DNA from: Anaeromyxobacteraceae bacterium
GTDB lineage: Bacteria > Myxococcota > Myxococcia > Myxococcales > Anaeromyxobacteraceae
Assembly: GCA_035499295.1 (NCBI GenBank)
Contig: DATJZG010000150.1
Location: 8,675-72,674 of the forward strand
Length of the DNA stretch: 64,000 nucleotides
Direction of reading: 5' to 3'
Shown: one piece after another, positions 8,614-17,635 of the stretch
Numbering within the stretch: the stretch's first letter is position 1
How the letters are laid out: the number at the start of each line of letters is the position of its first letter
The notes under the pieces: generated by a model
Database searches by the model: none
What the model was told of the DNA's origin: nothing
Seen by the model: the letters and a program-made list of their open reading frames with translations, nothing else
Made by a program: the position numbers and the translations under genes

Positions 8614-9096
8614 GTGCGCGTGCTGACGGGGACGGTGAGGTGGTTCGACGAGGAGAGGGGATTCGGCTTCCTCGCCCCCGACGACGGGGGCGAGGTCGTC
8701 TTCTGCCACTTCAGCGTGATCCAGGCGGACAGCGCCTACCGAAGCCTCGTCGAGGGGCAGCGGGTGGAATTCGTGGTCTTCGATCTGCCCGAGGGCCGGG
8801 TGGCCGGAAACGTGCGTAGGCTGGTCGACTCGAACGGCTCGTTCGTGACCGCGCCGCAAGCCGACGAGGTGCGCCTGTGGGCGATGCCCTACCGTCGGCC
8901 CGACCTCGCCGCCACAGCCGAGCGGCTTCGCCCGTTCGGAGAGGTGCGAGCCACCGACTTCTGGGTGCGCTTGCGCGCGCCGCCCCACGAGCTCGTCCTC
9001 TTCGACGACGGCCGGGCCATCGTGACGGGCACGGTCGACGAGGCGCTCGCGAGGAGCTTCGCCGCCAGGTGGCTCGGGGTGCGGATCCCGGAGTGA
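8614..9096 (+). CDS. Cold-shock domain protein with a roughly 90-aa C-terminal extension
   Basis: GTVRWFDEERGFGFLAPDDGGEVVFCHFS contains the RNP1/RNP2-like CSD motifs. The C-terminal domain is unassigned (see findings). Confidence 0.8.
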   Translation: MRVLTGTVRWFDEERGFGFLAPDDGGEVVFCHFSVIQADSAYRSLVEGQRVEFVVFDLPEGRVAGNVRRLVDSNGSFVTAPQADEVRLWAMPYRRPDLAATAERLRPFGEVRATDFWVRLRAPPHELVLFDDGRAIVTGTVDEALARSFAARWLGVRIPE

Positions 9097-9151
9097 TTCG
9101 GGATGCCCGCCCCGGGGCGGGCCGGGCCCCGGAGAGTCGACGGCGCGGCCC

Positions 9152-9595
9152 CTACTTGAGGATCAGCTCGCGAATGACCTGCTCGCCGAGGATGGTGCGC
9201 ATCTTGCCCCGCGCGGCGAACTCCGCGTTCGCCTTCTGCGAGGGGCCGACGAGCTTTTCCATGATGGGATCGAGCTTGGCGTCCAGGCCGTCGAAGGCGG
9301 CGAAGTTCTTGTAGGCGACCACGAGGTAGAGGTCCGGCTCTCCCGGGTGCCGGGGGGTGGCGCTGAACACCCGGTAGTCGACCACCACGCCCGCCTTCTT
9401 CTCCGCCTCCATCAGCTGCTTCCAGGGGCCCGCGAGCCACGCCATGTAGTCGTCCGTCATCCCGTCGAGGGTCCTCACGGAGGTGACGACGGAGACCGGT
9501 CCCTCGGTGAAGGGCCGATCCATCGCGGCGGCGCGGAAGCCAAAGCTCGCCAGGGCGAGCGAAGCGACGATCCAGAGCCGGCGGTTCGTTCCCAT
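9152..9595 (-). CDS. Secreted hypothetical protein
   Basis: ATG at 9595 preceded by GGAGAG. Signal peptide is MGTNRRLWIVASLALASFGFRAAA. The longer ORF-track extension is Arg/Pro-rich. Confidence 0.55.
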   Translation of the reverse strand: MGTNRRLWIVASLALASFGFRAAAMDRPFTEGPVSVVTSVRTLDGMTDDYMAWLAGPWKQLMEAEKKAGVVVDYRVFSATPRHPGEPDLYLVVAYKNFAAFDGLDAKLDPIMEKLVGPSQKANAEFAARGKMRTILGEQVIRELILK

Positions 9596-9864
9596 GTCTC
9601 TCCTGCCTTTCGTGAGGTCGCGCGGGGTCGCCCCGCTCGGGCGGCGCTCGGCCACCTGTAGTCCCCCTGTCGCGCGGCCGCACGCCCAAGACGGGTCGCA
9701 CTGCCGGCGAAGCCCCCGAACGGGCGACGCGCGTCCCTGGGCCGCAGCGCTGATGTCGGGGGGTCGCGGCCGGTCCGCGGCGGAGGGTGGGAGAGCGGAG
9801 CCCGGCGCAGTGGCGAGCATCGCGGCTGCGCCCGGGCGGGACGCTGGGGTACACTCGCCCCCCC

Positions 9865-11070
9865 ATGACGAGCTTCCTCGAGGCACGCGATGCCGTGCTC
9901 TCCCGCGTCTCCCCTCTGCCGCCCGAGGAGGTGCCGATTCTCGAGGCCGTCGGGCGCGTGCTCGCCGCCGACGTGGCGGCGTCACTCGACTTCCCCCCCT
10001 TCGACAACTCCGCCATGGACGGCTGGGCGGTGCTTGCCGCCGACGTGACCGGGCCCGTCTGCCTGCCGGTCACGGCCTTCGTCCCCGCCGGCGCCGCCTT
10101 GCCGGCCCCGCTCGCGCCCGGGACGGCGGCGCGGATCATGACCGGTGGCCCGATCCCTCCCGGGGCCGACACGGTGGTCCCCCTCGAAGAGGCCGCCGAG
10201 AGGGGGGGCGCGGTAGAGCTCTCCCGGCGGCTCGAGCGCGGGGCGCACGTCCGGCGGCGCGGCGGCGACATCGCCGCGGGCGACGTCGGGGTGCGGGCGG
10301 GCGCGGTCGTCGGCGCGGCCGAGGTGTCCTTCCTCGCCTCGGCCGCCCGGACCACGGTGCCGGTGTTCCGGCGGCCGCGCGTGGCCATCGTCTCCACCGG
10401 CGACGAGCTCGTGGAGCCCGGGGCGCCGCTCGGCCCTGGCCAGATCCACGACTCGAACGGGATCGCGGTGGCGGCCGCCGTGGTGGAGGCGGGCGGGGTG
10501 CCGGTGCCCCTGGGCATCGCGCGCGACGATGCCGGGGAGCTGCGGGAGCGCCTCGCGGAAGGGCTCAGGGCGGACGTGCTCGTCACCACCGCCGGGGTGT
10601 CCATGGGCGATCGCGACCTGGTCCGGGAGGTGCTCGCCGAGCTCGGCGTCGCCCCGGTGTTCTTCACCGTCGAGGTGAAACCCGGGCACCCCACCGCCTT
10701 CGGGACCCGCGCTGGCACCGCGGTGCTCTCCCTGCCCGGGAACCCCGTCTCCACCCTCATGATGTTCGAGCAGCTGGTGCGCCCGGCGCTCCTCAAGATG
10801 CAGGGACACCGGCACGTGCTCCGCCCGCTCGTGCAGGCGGTGCTCGACGAGCGGCTCGCGCATCGGGCCGGGCGGGTCACCTTCGCGCGGGTCCGGCTCG
10901 ACTCGAGGGACGGCGCGCTCCGCGCCCGGAGCGCGGGGAAGCAGGAGACGTTCTTCCTGCGCACCCTGCTCGACGCCGACGGGGTGGCGCTCCTGCCGCC
11001 GGAGCGCGCCGACGCGCCGCCGGGGATCTCGGTGCCCGTCCAGGTGCTGCGCCCGGCCCACGCCCGCTAG
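9865..11070 (+). CDS. moeA: Molybdopterin molybdenumtransferase MoeA
   Basis: The sequence from MTSFLEARDAVL includes PPFDNSAMDGWAV, TGDEL, IHDSNG, TTAGVSMGDRD, KPGHPT and LPGNPVS. Confidence 0.9.
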   Translation: MTSFLEARDAVLSRVSPLPPEEVPILEAVGRVLAADVAASLDFPPFDNSAMDGWAVLAADVTGPVCLPVTAFVPAGAALPAPLAPGTAARIMTGGPIPPGADTVVPLEEAAERGGAVELSRRLERGAHVRRRGGDIAAGDVGVRAGAVVGAAEVSFLASAARTTVPVFRRPRVAIVSTGDELVEPGAPLGPGQIHDSNGIAVAAAVVEAGGVPVPLGIARDDAGELRERLAEGLRADVLVTTAGVSMGDRDLVREVLAELGVAPVFFTVEVKPGHPTAFGTRAGTAVLSLPGNPVSTLMMFEQLVRPALLKMQGHRHVLRPLVQAVLDERLAHRAGRVTFARVRLDSRDGALRARSAGKQETFFLRTLLDADGVALLPPERADAPPGISVPVQVLRPAHAR

Positions 11071-11200
11071 GGCCTGGCGCTGCTTACCGGCCCTGGCGAC
11101 GAGCCGCGGCGCGGGACGGAGGGCGCGCGGCGCGCCGTCGAGGTAGCATCGCCGGGCGGGAGACCCAGGGGCGCCTCGGCGCCGAGAGGGCGGGAGGAAG

Positions 11201-11863
11201 ATGGCCTTCGACAGAAATCGCGCCGCAGGGGCGCTCGTCGAGATCGTCGACGCGCTGAACGGAGACCCGGTCGTCGGGATGGGGTTCCGGCTCGTGGACG
11301 ACGTCGTCGTCACCTCCTGCCGCTGCCTGCAGCGGCAGAGGGGAAAGGTGAACCTCCCCGACCCGGACGCCCCGGCTATCCTGGTGCTCACGCGCCTGCG
11401 CCGCCCCGGGACCCGGAAGGCGGCCTTCGGCATCGTCACCTTCGCCGACCCCTACTCGAACCTGGCCCTCCTCCGGACCCGGACCGCCTCGGGGCTGGAG
11501 GTGCCGGACGAACTCAACCCGGTCATCTCCAACCGGGAGCTCGTGGCCGGTCTCGAGGTGGCGCCTCCCGAGCTTTCGCCGGCCGCGGACGCCCCGGTCT
11601 CGGTCTGCGCGCCCGGGATGCGATGGGTCGAGGGGATGGCGCGGGGGCCGACCCTGTCCGCGGCGAGCCCGGCGGAGCGGTTCCCGGGCGCGATCCTCGG
11701 CGCCCCGGTCTTCAGCGGGGAGGGGTGCGTCCGCGGGGTCGTGACGGCGGTGGCCGAGGGCGGCCTGGCGGCGCAGATGACCCTCCTCGCCGAGCACCTC
11801 CCCGGCTGGGCGCTCCGGGAGGCGCGCGCCACTCGGGGCGGCGCCGCCGCGCCGGCGCCGTGA
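11201..11863 (+). CDS. Trypsin-fold-like protein with all three catalytic positions substituted (hypothetical)
   Basis: GMGFRLVDDVVVTSCRCL stands where TAAHC-type motifs occur, SNLALL where D[IL]ALL occurs, and GAILGAPVFSGEGCVRGVV where GDSGGPV occurs. Confidence 0.4.
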   Translation: MAFDRNRAAGALVEIVDALNGDPVVGMGFRLVDDVVVTSCRCLQRQRGKVNLPDPDAPAILVLTRLRRPGTRKAAFGIVTFADPYSNLALLRTRTASGLEVPDELNPVISNRELVAGLEVAPPELSPAADAPVSVCAPGMRWVEGMARGPTLSAASPAERFPGAILGAPVFSGEGCVRGVVTAVAEGGLAAQMTLLAEHLPGWALREARATRGGAAAPAP

Positions 11864-11952
11864 GAGGCCCGCTCCCCGCCTCCCGGAACGAGGCCCCCGC
11901 GAGGAGAGCGCGCGATCTTGCCGAGCCCTTCCCCTCACGAAGGCGGTGAACC

Positions 11953-13773
11953 TTGACGTACCTCGCGACCGCAGTGCTCCTCGGCTCCCTTCTCGCCACG
12001 CCCCCGGGGCCGGGGGTGGCGGGGAGCGGGGAGGGGACGTCGGCGGCGGGGGCGAAGAGCTTCCTCGACGACCTCGAGCCCGAGCTCCGCCGCCTCTCCC
12101 TGCGCGCCAACACCGCCGACTGGGTGAGCAAGACCTTCATCACCTACGACACCGAGCGGCTCAACGCCTGGGCGGAGGAGGACCTGATGGCGCTCCTCTC
12201 CCGCGCCGCCCGTCGGTCCCTGTCCTACCGGGGGGCGACCCTCGAACCCTCCACCCGGCGACAGCTCGACCTGCTGCGGCTCGTCACCGAGCCGCCGCCG
12301 GCCCCGAGCGACCCGGGGGAGCGCGCCGAGCTCGCCGGGTCGGTCGCGAAGCTCACCGCCCTCTACGGCGCGGGGAAGTGGTGCGGGGCCGACGGGCGGG
12401 GGCCCTGTCGCTCGCTCGGCGACCTCGAGGACGTGATGGCGACGAGCCGCAGCTGGGACGAACTCCTCGACGCCTGGGCGGGCTGGCGCACCGTCGCCCC
12501 GCCCATGAAGCCGCTCTACCGGCGGATGGTGGAGCTCACGAACCGCGGCGCGCGGGAGATCGGCTTCGCGGACGTGGGGGAGCAATGGCGCTCCGGCTAC
12601 GACATGCCCCCCGAGGCGTTCCGGGCCGAGCTCGACCGGCTCTGGGGACAGCTCCGCCCGCTCTACCAGGCCCTCCACTGCTACGTGCGCAGCCGGCTGC
12701 AGGCCGCGTACGGGAAGGACCGCGTCCGGGCCGGGGCGCCCATCCCCGCCCACCTCCTCGGCAACATGTGGGCGCAGACCTGGGAGAACACCTACCCGCT
12801 CGTGGAGCCCTACCCGGGCGTCGCGCGGATGGACGTGGACCAGGCGCTCCGGGCGCAGGGGTGGGATCCGATGCGGATGGTGAGGACCGGCGAGGCCTTC
12901 TTCACCTCGCTCGGCCTCCCGCCGCTACCCGCGACCTTCTTCACCCGCTCGATGTTCACGAAGCCGCGCGACCGCGAGGTGGTGTGCCACGCGAGCGCCT
13001 GGGACATCGACAACCACTCCGACCTGCGCATCAAGATGTGCATCAAGGTGAACGAGGAGAGCCTCCTCACCATCCACCACGAGCTCGGGCACAACTACTA
13101 CCAGCGCGCCTACGAGCACCTCCCCTTCCTCCTGCAGCAGGGCGCGAACGACGCCTTTCACGAGGCCATCGGGGACGCGCTCGTGCTCTCCATGACGCCC
13201 GAGTACCTGAAGCGGCTGGGGCTCGTCTCCGAGGTTACCTCCGACGAGAGAGGCGTGGTGAACCACCAGCTGCGGCGGGCGCTCGAGGACGTGGCTTTCC
13301 TCCCCTTCGCCCTGACGGTGGATCGCTGGCGCTGGGGCGTCTTCTCCGGGGAGGTGACCCCGGAGCGCTACCAGTCCGCCTGGTGGGACCTCGTCGCCCG
13401 CTACCAGGGGCTCGCGCCTCCGGTGGCGCGGAGCGAGGCCGACTTCGACCCGGGAGCGAAGTACCACGTGGCCGCGAACGTGCCCTACGCGCGCTACTTC
13501 CTGGCACGCGTCCTCCTCTTCCAGTTCCACCGCGGGATGTGCCGGGCGGCGGGAGTCGGTGGCCCGCTCCACGCCTGCTCCGTCTACGGCAACGCCGAGG
13601 CGGGGAAGCGGCTCGGCGCCATGCTCGCCCTGGGAGCCTCGCGCCCCTGGCCCGACGCCCTCCAGGCGCTCACCGGCGAGCGGCAGGTCGACGCCTCGGC
13701 GATGCTCGACTACTTCGAGCCGCTCCGCCGTTTCCTCGCCGAGGCGAACCGCGGGGAGCGCTGCGGCTGGTGA
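11953..13773 (+). CDS. M2-family peptidyl-dipeptidase (angiotensin-converting-enzyme-like)
   Basis: TIHHELGHNYYQRAY is the HExxH motif, and HEAIGDAL supplies the third zinc ligand. There is an N-terminal signal-like segment. Probable TTG start. Confidence 0.8.
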   Translation: MTYLATAVLLGSLLATPPGPGVAGSGEGTSAAGAKSFLDDLEPELRRLSLRANTADWVSKTFITYDTERLNAWAEEDLMALLSRAARRSLSYRGATLEPSTRRQLDLLRLVTEPPPAPSDPGERAELAGSVAKLTALYGAGKWCGADGRGPCRSLGDLEDVMATSRSWDELLDAWAGWRTVAPPMKPLYRRMVELTNRGAREIGFADVGEQWRSGYDMPPEAFRAELDRLWGQLRPLYQALHCYVRSRLQAAYGKDRVRAGAPIPAHLLGNMWAQTWENTYPLVEPYPGVARMDVDQALRAQGWDPMRMVRTGEAFFTSLGLPPLPATFFTRSMFTKPRDREVVCHASAWDIDNHSDLRIKMCIKVNEESLLTIHHELGHNYYQRAYEHLPFLLQQGANDAFHEAIGDALVLSMTPEYLKRLGLVSEVTSDERGVVNHQLRRALEDVAFLPFALTVDRWRWGVFSGEVTPERYQSAWWDLVARYQGLAPPVARSEADFDPGAKYHVAANVPYARYFLARVLLFQFHRGMCRAAGVGGPLHACSVYGNAEAGKRLGAMLALGASRPWPDALQALTGERQVDASAMLDYFEPLRRFLAEANRGERCGW

Positions 13774-13780
13774 CCTGGCG

Positions 13781-15565
13781 CTACCCGCCCGCCGGGACGG
13801 CCCCGGCGCCAGGCTCATCGGGGCGCGGCAGGAAGGTGAAGTGGGAGCGCTCGCACTCCCGCGCCACCTCGCCGGGCTCCTCCGGCGGCTCGCGCAGCCA
13901 GAACGCCATCTCGTCGGGCTCCCAGGCGTAGGGCTCGCCGTTGAGCGCCACCCGTCCCTCGTCGAGGGCCTGCGTCGCCTCGATGAGGCTCATGCCCTCG
14001 GGCAGGTCGCGCACCAGCGCCTCGAAGCGCCCCTGTCGCTCCGGGTCGACGAAGCTGAAGTGGTGGCGGCCCGGGTAGGCGGTGTGGAAGTGGGCCGGGC
14101 GGTACGCCACGCCGGCGAGGCCGAGGCGAAGCGCCATCAGGGCGAGCATCTCGCCCGCCTCGCGGGCGAGGCCCAGTCCGGGGACGTCCTGGCCCGGGAG
14201 CCGGGGCCTGCGATCGCTGAAGCGGGCCCGCGGGTTCCGCAGGGAGAGCCAGTGGATGTAGAGGACCGGGTGTCCCGCCACCCGGCGCCGCTCCAGGATG
14301 GTCTCGATGAGGAGGTGCTCCCTCCCGTCCGCCTCGCCGAAGACGCGCAGGCGCTCGCCCGGCCCGGCCCGGTCGAACTCCACGCGGAAGGAGGAGTAGC
14401 CCAGCCGGGAGAGTTGCTCGAGGACCCCGAAGCGCTCGAGCGCGTACTCCATCCCGGCGGCGCTGTAGAAGCCGAGCAGGAGCCGCCGCCCCGAGCGCCT
14501 CATCCCGAGCGCCTCGGCGAGGTCCGCCTCGGTGAGCTCCCCGTCGTCGGAGAGGACGTCGTTCGGGAGCCCGCGGGCGATCCCCGCGAACCGGGCGGAG
14601 AGCGGGTCGTAGTCGTCGGGGATGGGCTGCGTCCAGCCGGTGGAGAGCGCCAGGCCGGCGCCGGCGAGCGCCTTCCAGGACTGGGCGCTGTAGCCGCCGC
14701 CCGGCAGCCACACCGAGGGAACTCCCTCCAGGTGGGCGGCCACCGTCACATTGCGCCAGCGCACCCCGGTGAGGGAGAGGCCGAGCCGGCCGAGCTTGTC
14801 GCCGGCGAGCACGTCGCCTCCGGCGATGACGAAGACGAGGTCGGCCCTGGGCATGCGCGCGAGCAGGGCCTTCAGGGCGTCCATGTAGCCGAGGTCCCCC
14901 GTCCCCTCGGGCAGGAGGGTCTCGTCGACCCCGTGCAGCACCCCCCAGTCCGACCCCGAGATGGAGCCGACCCAGTAGTCCGGGTCGGAGGCGAGGCAGA
15001 GCGCCACGCCGTCGGGCGGGTGGGCGTCGAGGTCGAGCACCGCCACCTTGCCCGAGAAGCCCTCGGCGCGGACGGCCGCCACCGCCACCGCGATGTCGTT
15101 CACCGGGCAGTTTCCGCCGGCCGAGCCCGGCCCGGCGTGGTGGAAGCCGCCGAGGAGGTTCAGGGCCGGCTTGCGGGTGCGCAGGGTCTCTCTCGCGCCC
15201 TCGATGGTGGCTCCGGTGGCGAGCCGCACCGTGCGCATCACCTCGTCGACCGGGACGTCGGTCGGGTCGACGCCGAAGATGCCGGCGAGGGTCTCCGGGC
15301 GGGAGAGCGAGTCGAGGATCTCGGGGGTGTGGACGCGCGAGAGGTCGGCGTAGGAGACCCGCCGCGGCTTCCGCCACCAGGAGGGCGCGATCGCCTTGCT
15401 CTCCCGCAGCCACCAGGCGGCGAAGTCGGCGCGCCGCGGGTCGACGCCGGTGAACTCCAGGCCCGAGAGGGGAAGGCGGTAGGCAGCGTCGTGCCAGACG
15501 TTCGTCTCCCGGCGATGCCAGAGGCACCCCAGGCGGTAGAGGAGCGCGCGGGGCCCGACGCCCAT
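13781..15565 (-). CDS. Histone-deacetylase/acetoin-utilisation superfamily protein with a roughly 250-aa uncharacterised C-terminal domain
   Basis: GGFHHAGPGSAGGNCPVND, VLDLDAHPPDG and GGDVLAGDKLGRLGLS match the class of HDAC motifs. The C-terminal half has no motif I recognise. Confidence 0.75.
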   Translation of the reverse strand: MGVGPRALLYRLGCLWHRRETNVWHDAAYRLPLSGLEFTGVDPRRADFAAWWLRESKAIAPSWWRKPRRVSYADLSRVHTPEILDSLSRPETLAGIFGVDPTDVPVDEVMRTVRLATGATIEGARETLRTRKPALNLLGGFHHAGPGSAGGNCPVNDIAVAVAAVRAEGFSGKVAVLDLDAHPPDGVALCLASDPDYWVGSISGSDWGVLHGVDETLLPEGTGDLGYMDALKALLARMPRADLVFVIAGGDVLAGDKLGRLGLSLTGVRWRNVTVAAHLEGVPSVWLPGGGYSAQSWKALAGAGLALSTGWTQPIPDDYDPLSARFAGIARGLPNDVLSDDGELTEADLAEALGMRRSGRRLLLGFYSAAGMEYALERFGVLEQLSRLGYSSFRVEFDRAGPGERLRVFGEADGREHLLIETILERRRVAGHPVLYIHWLSLRNPRARFSDRRPRLPGQDVPGLGLAREAGEMLALMALRLGLAGVAYRPAHFHTAYPGRHHFSFVDPERQGRFEALVRDLPEGMSLIEATQALDEGRVALNGEPYAWEPDEMAFWLREPPEEPGEVARECERSHFTFLPRPDEPGAGAVPAGG

Positions 15566-15575
15566 GAGGCCCGGG

Positions 15576-15860
15576 CTACTTCTCCGCCGCCCCCGATGGC
15601 GTCCGCCCGCCCGCCTGGGCCCGGCGCCCGCGCCTCCACAGGGCGATGCCGAGGTAGGCGTCGAGGCCGATGTAGGCCACGGCCGCGCACGCGACCACGA
15701 TGAGGGGGGCCATCACCTTGCGGATCTCGGTGCGGGAAAGGATGGCCTGGGTGTCCACGTTGGCGACGAGGAGCGGCAGGTAGCTCCAGGGCATGGCGAA
15801 GAGAAGGAACACGAGCAGCGCCAGGAACACGACGACTCTTGCGACGGTGAGGGTCTTCAC
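15576..15860 (-). CDS. Small two-TM membrane protein (hypothetical)
   Basis: GTG at 15860 preceded by GGAGGA. It has two hydrophobic helices (VVVFLALLVFLLFAMPW and MAPLIVVACAAVAYIGL). Confidence 0.5.
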   Translation of the reverse strand: MKTLTVARVVVFLALLVFLLFAMPWSYLPLLVANVDTQAILSRTEIRKVMAPLIVVACAAVAYIGLDAYLGIALWRRGRRAQAGGRTPSGAAEK

Positions 15861-15957
15861 GGATTCCTCCCCGGGGAAACTTAGCACGGGCTGCGAGGAC
15901 GGGGTTCTCCCGGTATCCTAAGGGGGCGCGGTGGTCGATTGGCGAGGCGGAGGCCGG

Positions 15958-16758
15958 GTGAGCGAGATCGGCGATCTGATGGAGGCGGTGGAGGAGGCGG
16001 CGCGGCGCGGGGGCGCGGTCCTGCGCGACCGCTTCGACAAGCCCCGCACCATCGACTACAAGGGGGGGATCGACCTCGTCACCGACGCCGATCGGGCGAG
16101 CGAGGAGGCCCTCCTCCGGTTCATCTCCGAGCGCTTCCCGGGGAGCGCCGTCCTGGCGGAGGAGTCGGGCTCGACCGGGGGCGAGGGGGGGCTCCGCTGG
16201 TACGTCGACCCCCTCGACGGCACCACCAACTACGCCCACGGCGTGCCCCACTTCGCGGTGAACGTGGCGCTCGCCGACGGGTCGGGCCTCGCCGCCGGCG
16301 CGACCCTCGACCCCCTGCGGAACGAGCTCTACCTCGCCGGTCGCGGGCAGGGGGCCTTCCTCTCCGGGAAGCCCATTCGCGTCTCCGAGGCGGCGGAGCT
16401 CCGCCACGCCCTCCTCTGCACCGGCTTCCCCTACGACATCCACCAGGACCCGGAGCCGGTGCTGAGCCTCTTTCGCGCCTACCTGGGCCGGGCGCGCGCC
16501 GTGCGCCGCTTCGGGGCCGCCGCCCTCGACCTCGCCTACGTCGCCGCCGGCCGCTTCGACGGCTTCTGGGAGGCGAAGCTCAAGCCCTGGGACGTCGCCC
16601 CCGGGATCCTGCTCGTCACCGAGGCGGGCGGCCGCGTGGCCGACTTCGCCGGCGGGGCCGAGATGCTCTTCGGCGGCACCATCTGCGCCGCGAACCCGCT
16701 CCTGCAGCCCCTCCTCCTGCAGGTGCTCGCCGAGGTCAGGGCGAGCCGCGGGCGCTGA
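15958..16758 (+). CDS. suhB: Inositol monophosphatase family protein (SuhB-like)
   Basis: AEESG, WYVDPLDGTTNYAHG and WDVAPGILLVTEAGG are present. I chose the GTG at 15958 because it follows GGAGG. The GTG at 15931 is also possible. Confidence 0.85.
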   Translation: MSEIGDLMEAVEEAARRGGAVLRDRFDKPRTIDYKGGIDLVTDADRASEEALLRFISERFPGSAVLAEESGSTGGEGGLRWYVDPLDGTTNYAHGVPHFAVNVALADGSGLAAGATLDPLRNELYLAGRGQGAFLSGKPIRVSEAAELRHALLCTGFPYDIHQDPEPVLSLFRAYLGRARAVRRFGAAALDLAYVAAGRFDGFWEAKLKPWDVAPGILLVTEAGGRVADFAGGAEMLFGGTICAANPLLQPLLLQVLAEVRASRGR

Positions 16759-17635
16759 AGCGCAGGCGGTAGACCGACTCCGGGTCCACGTAGAGCCCTC
16801 CCACCTTGGTCCCGAAGTGCAGGTGCGGGCCGGTGACGCGCCCGGTCCGCCCCACCCGGCCGAGGAGTTGCCCGCGCCGCACCCGGTCCCCGGCGTGGGC
16901 GTCGAAGCGGGAGAGGTGGAAGTAGACGGTGAAGAGGCCGGCCCCGTGCGACACCACGACCGTGTTGCCGGAGGCGTAGCAGTCGCGGGCGAGGACCACG
17001 AGCCCGTCGTTCGCCGCCGCGACCGGCGCCCCCACCTCGCCGGCGAAGTCGGTGCCGAAGTGCTGGGACTGCTTCTTCCCGTTGAAGAGGCGCCTCTCCC
17101 CGAAGGCGGCGGTCACCTCCGAGTCGCGCGGGCGGGAGAAGGGCTCCTCGAAGAGCGGCGGCCCGAAGGGCTGCTCGTAGGCGGCGTTGAAGGCGGCCTG
17201 GTCGAGCTCCATCCGCCTCTTCTGCGCGGGGGAGGGGTTCAGGTAGCGGGGCGCCACCTTGAGGCGGCTCTCGGGGAAGCGGGGCTCCACCACCTCGGCC
17301 TGGGCGCGCAGCGGGGCGGAGCTGCCCGCGAGCGAGACCTCGACCGTGAGCGTGCCCGGCTCGAGCTCGACCGGCAGGGCCGCCAACGCCTGGTACCCGC
17401 CCGCCACCGGGAAGAAGCGCAGCTCGCGGCCGGCCACCGCGGCGGAGGGCGGGGAAGGGCTCCCCTGCACGGTGACGAGGAGCGCGTCCCCCGGCCGGAG
17501 GCGATCCGGGTCCACCCGCACGGTGGGGGCGGCGGCGACGGGGAGGGCGGGCTCGTCCGCCGCGGGCGCGGCGCGCGAGGGCGGCGCCACCACCGTGGCG
17601 ACGATCGCGAGGGCGAGGTATTCATGTCGCGCCAT
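16736..17635 (-). CDS. M23-family metallopeptidase (secreted)
   Basis: HFGTDFAG, NTVVVSHGAGLFTVYFHLS and GRVTGPHLHFG are present. Signal peptide is MARHEYLALAIVATVVAPP. The start could instead be the ATG at 17647. Confidence 0.8.
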   Translation of the reverse strand: MARHEYLALAIVATVVAPPSRAAPAADEPALPVAAAPTVRVDPDRLRPGDALLVTVQGSPSPPSAAVAGRELRFFPVAGGYQALAALPVELEPGTLTVEVSLAGSSAPLRAQAEVVEPRFPESRLKVAPRYLNPSPAQKRRMELDQAAFNAAYEQPFGPPLFEEPFSRPRDSEVTAAFGERRLFNGKKQSQHFGTDFAGEVGAPVAAANDGLVVLARDCYASGNTVVVSHGAGLFTVYFHLSRFDAHAGDRVRRGQLLGRVGRTGRVTGPHLHFGTKVGGLYVDPESVYRLRFSARGSP

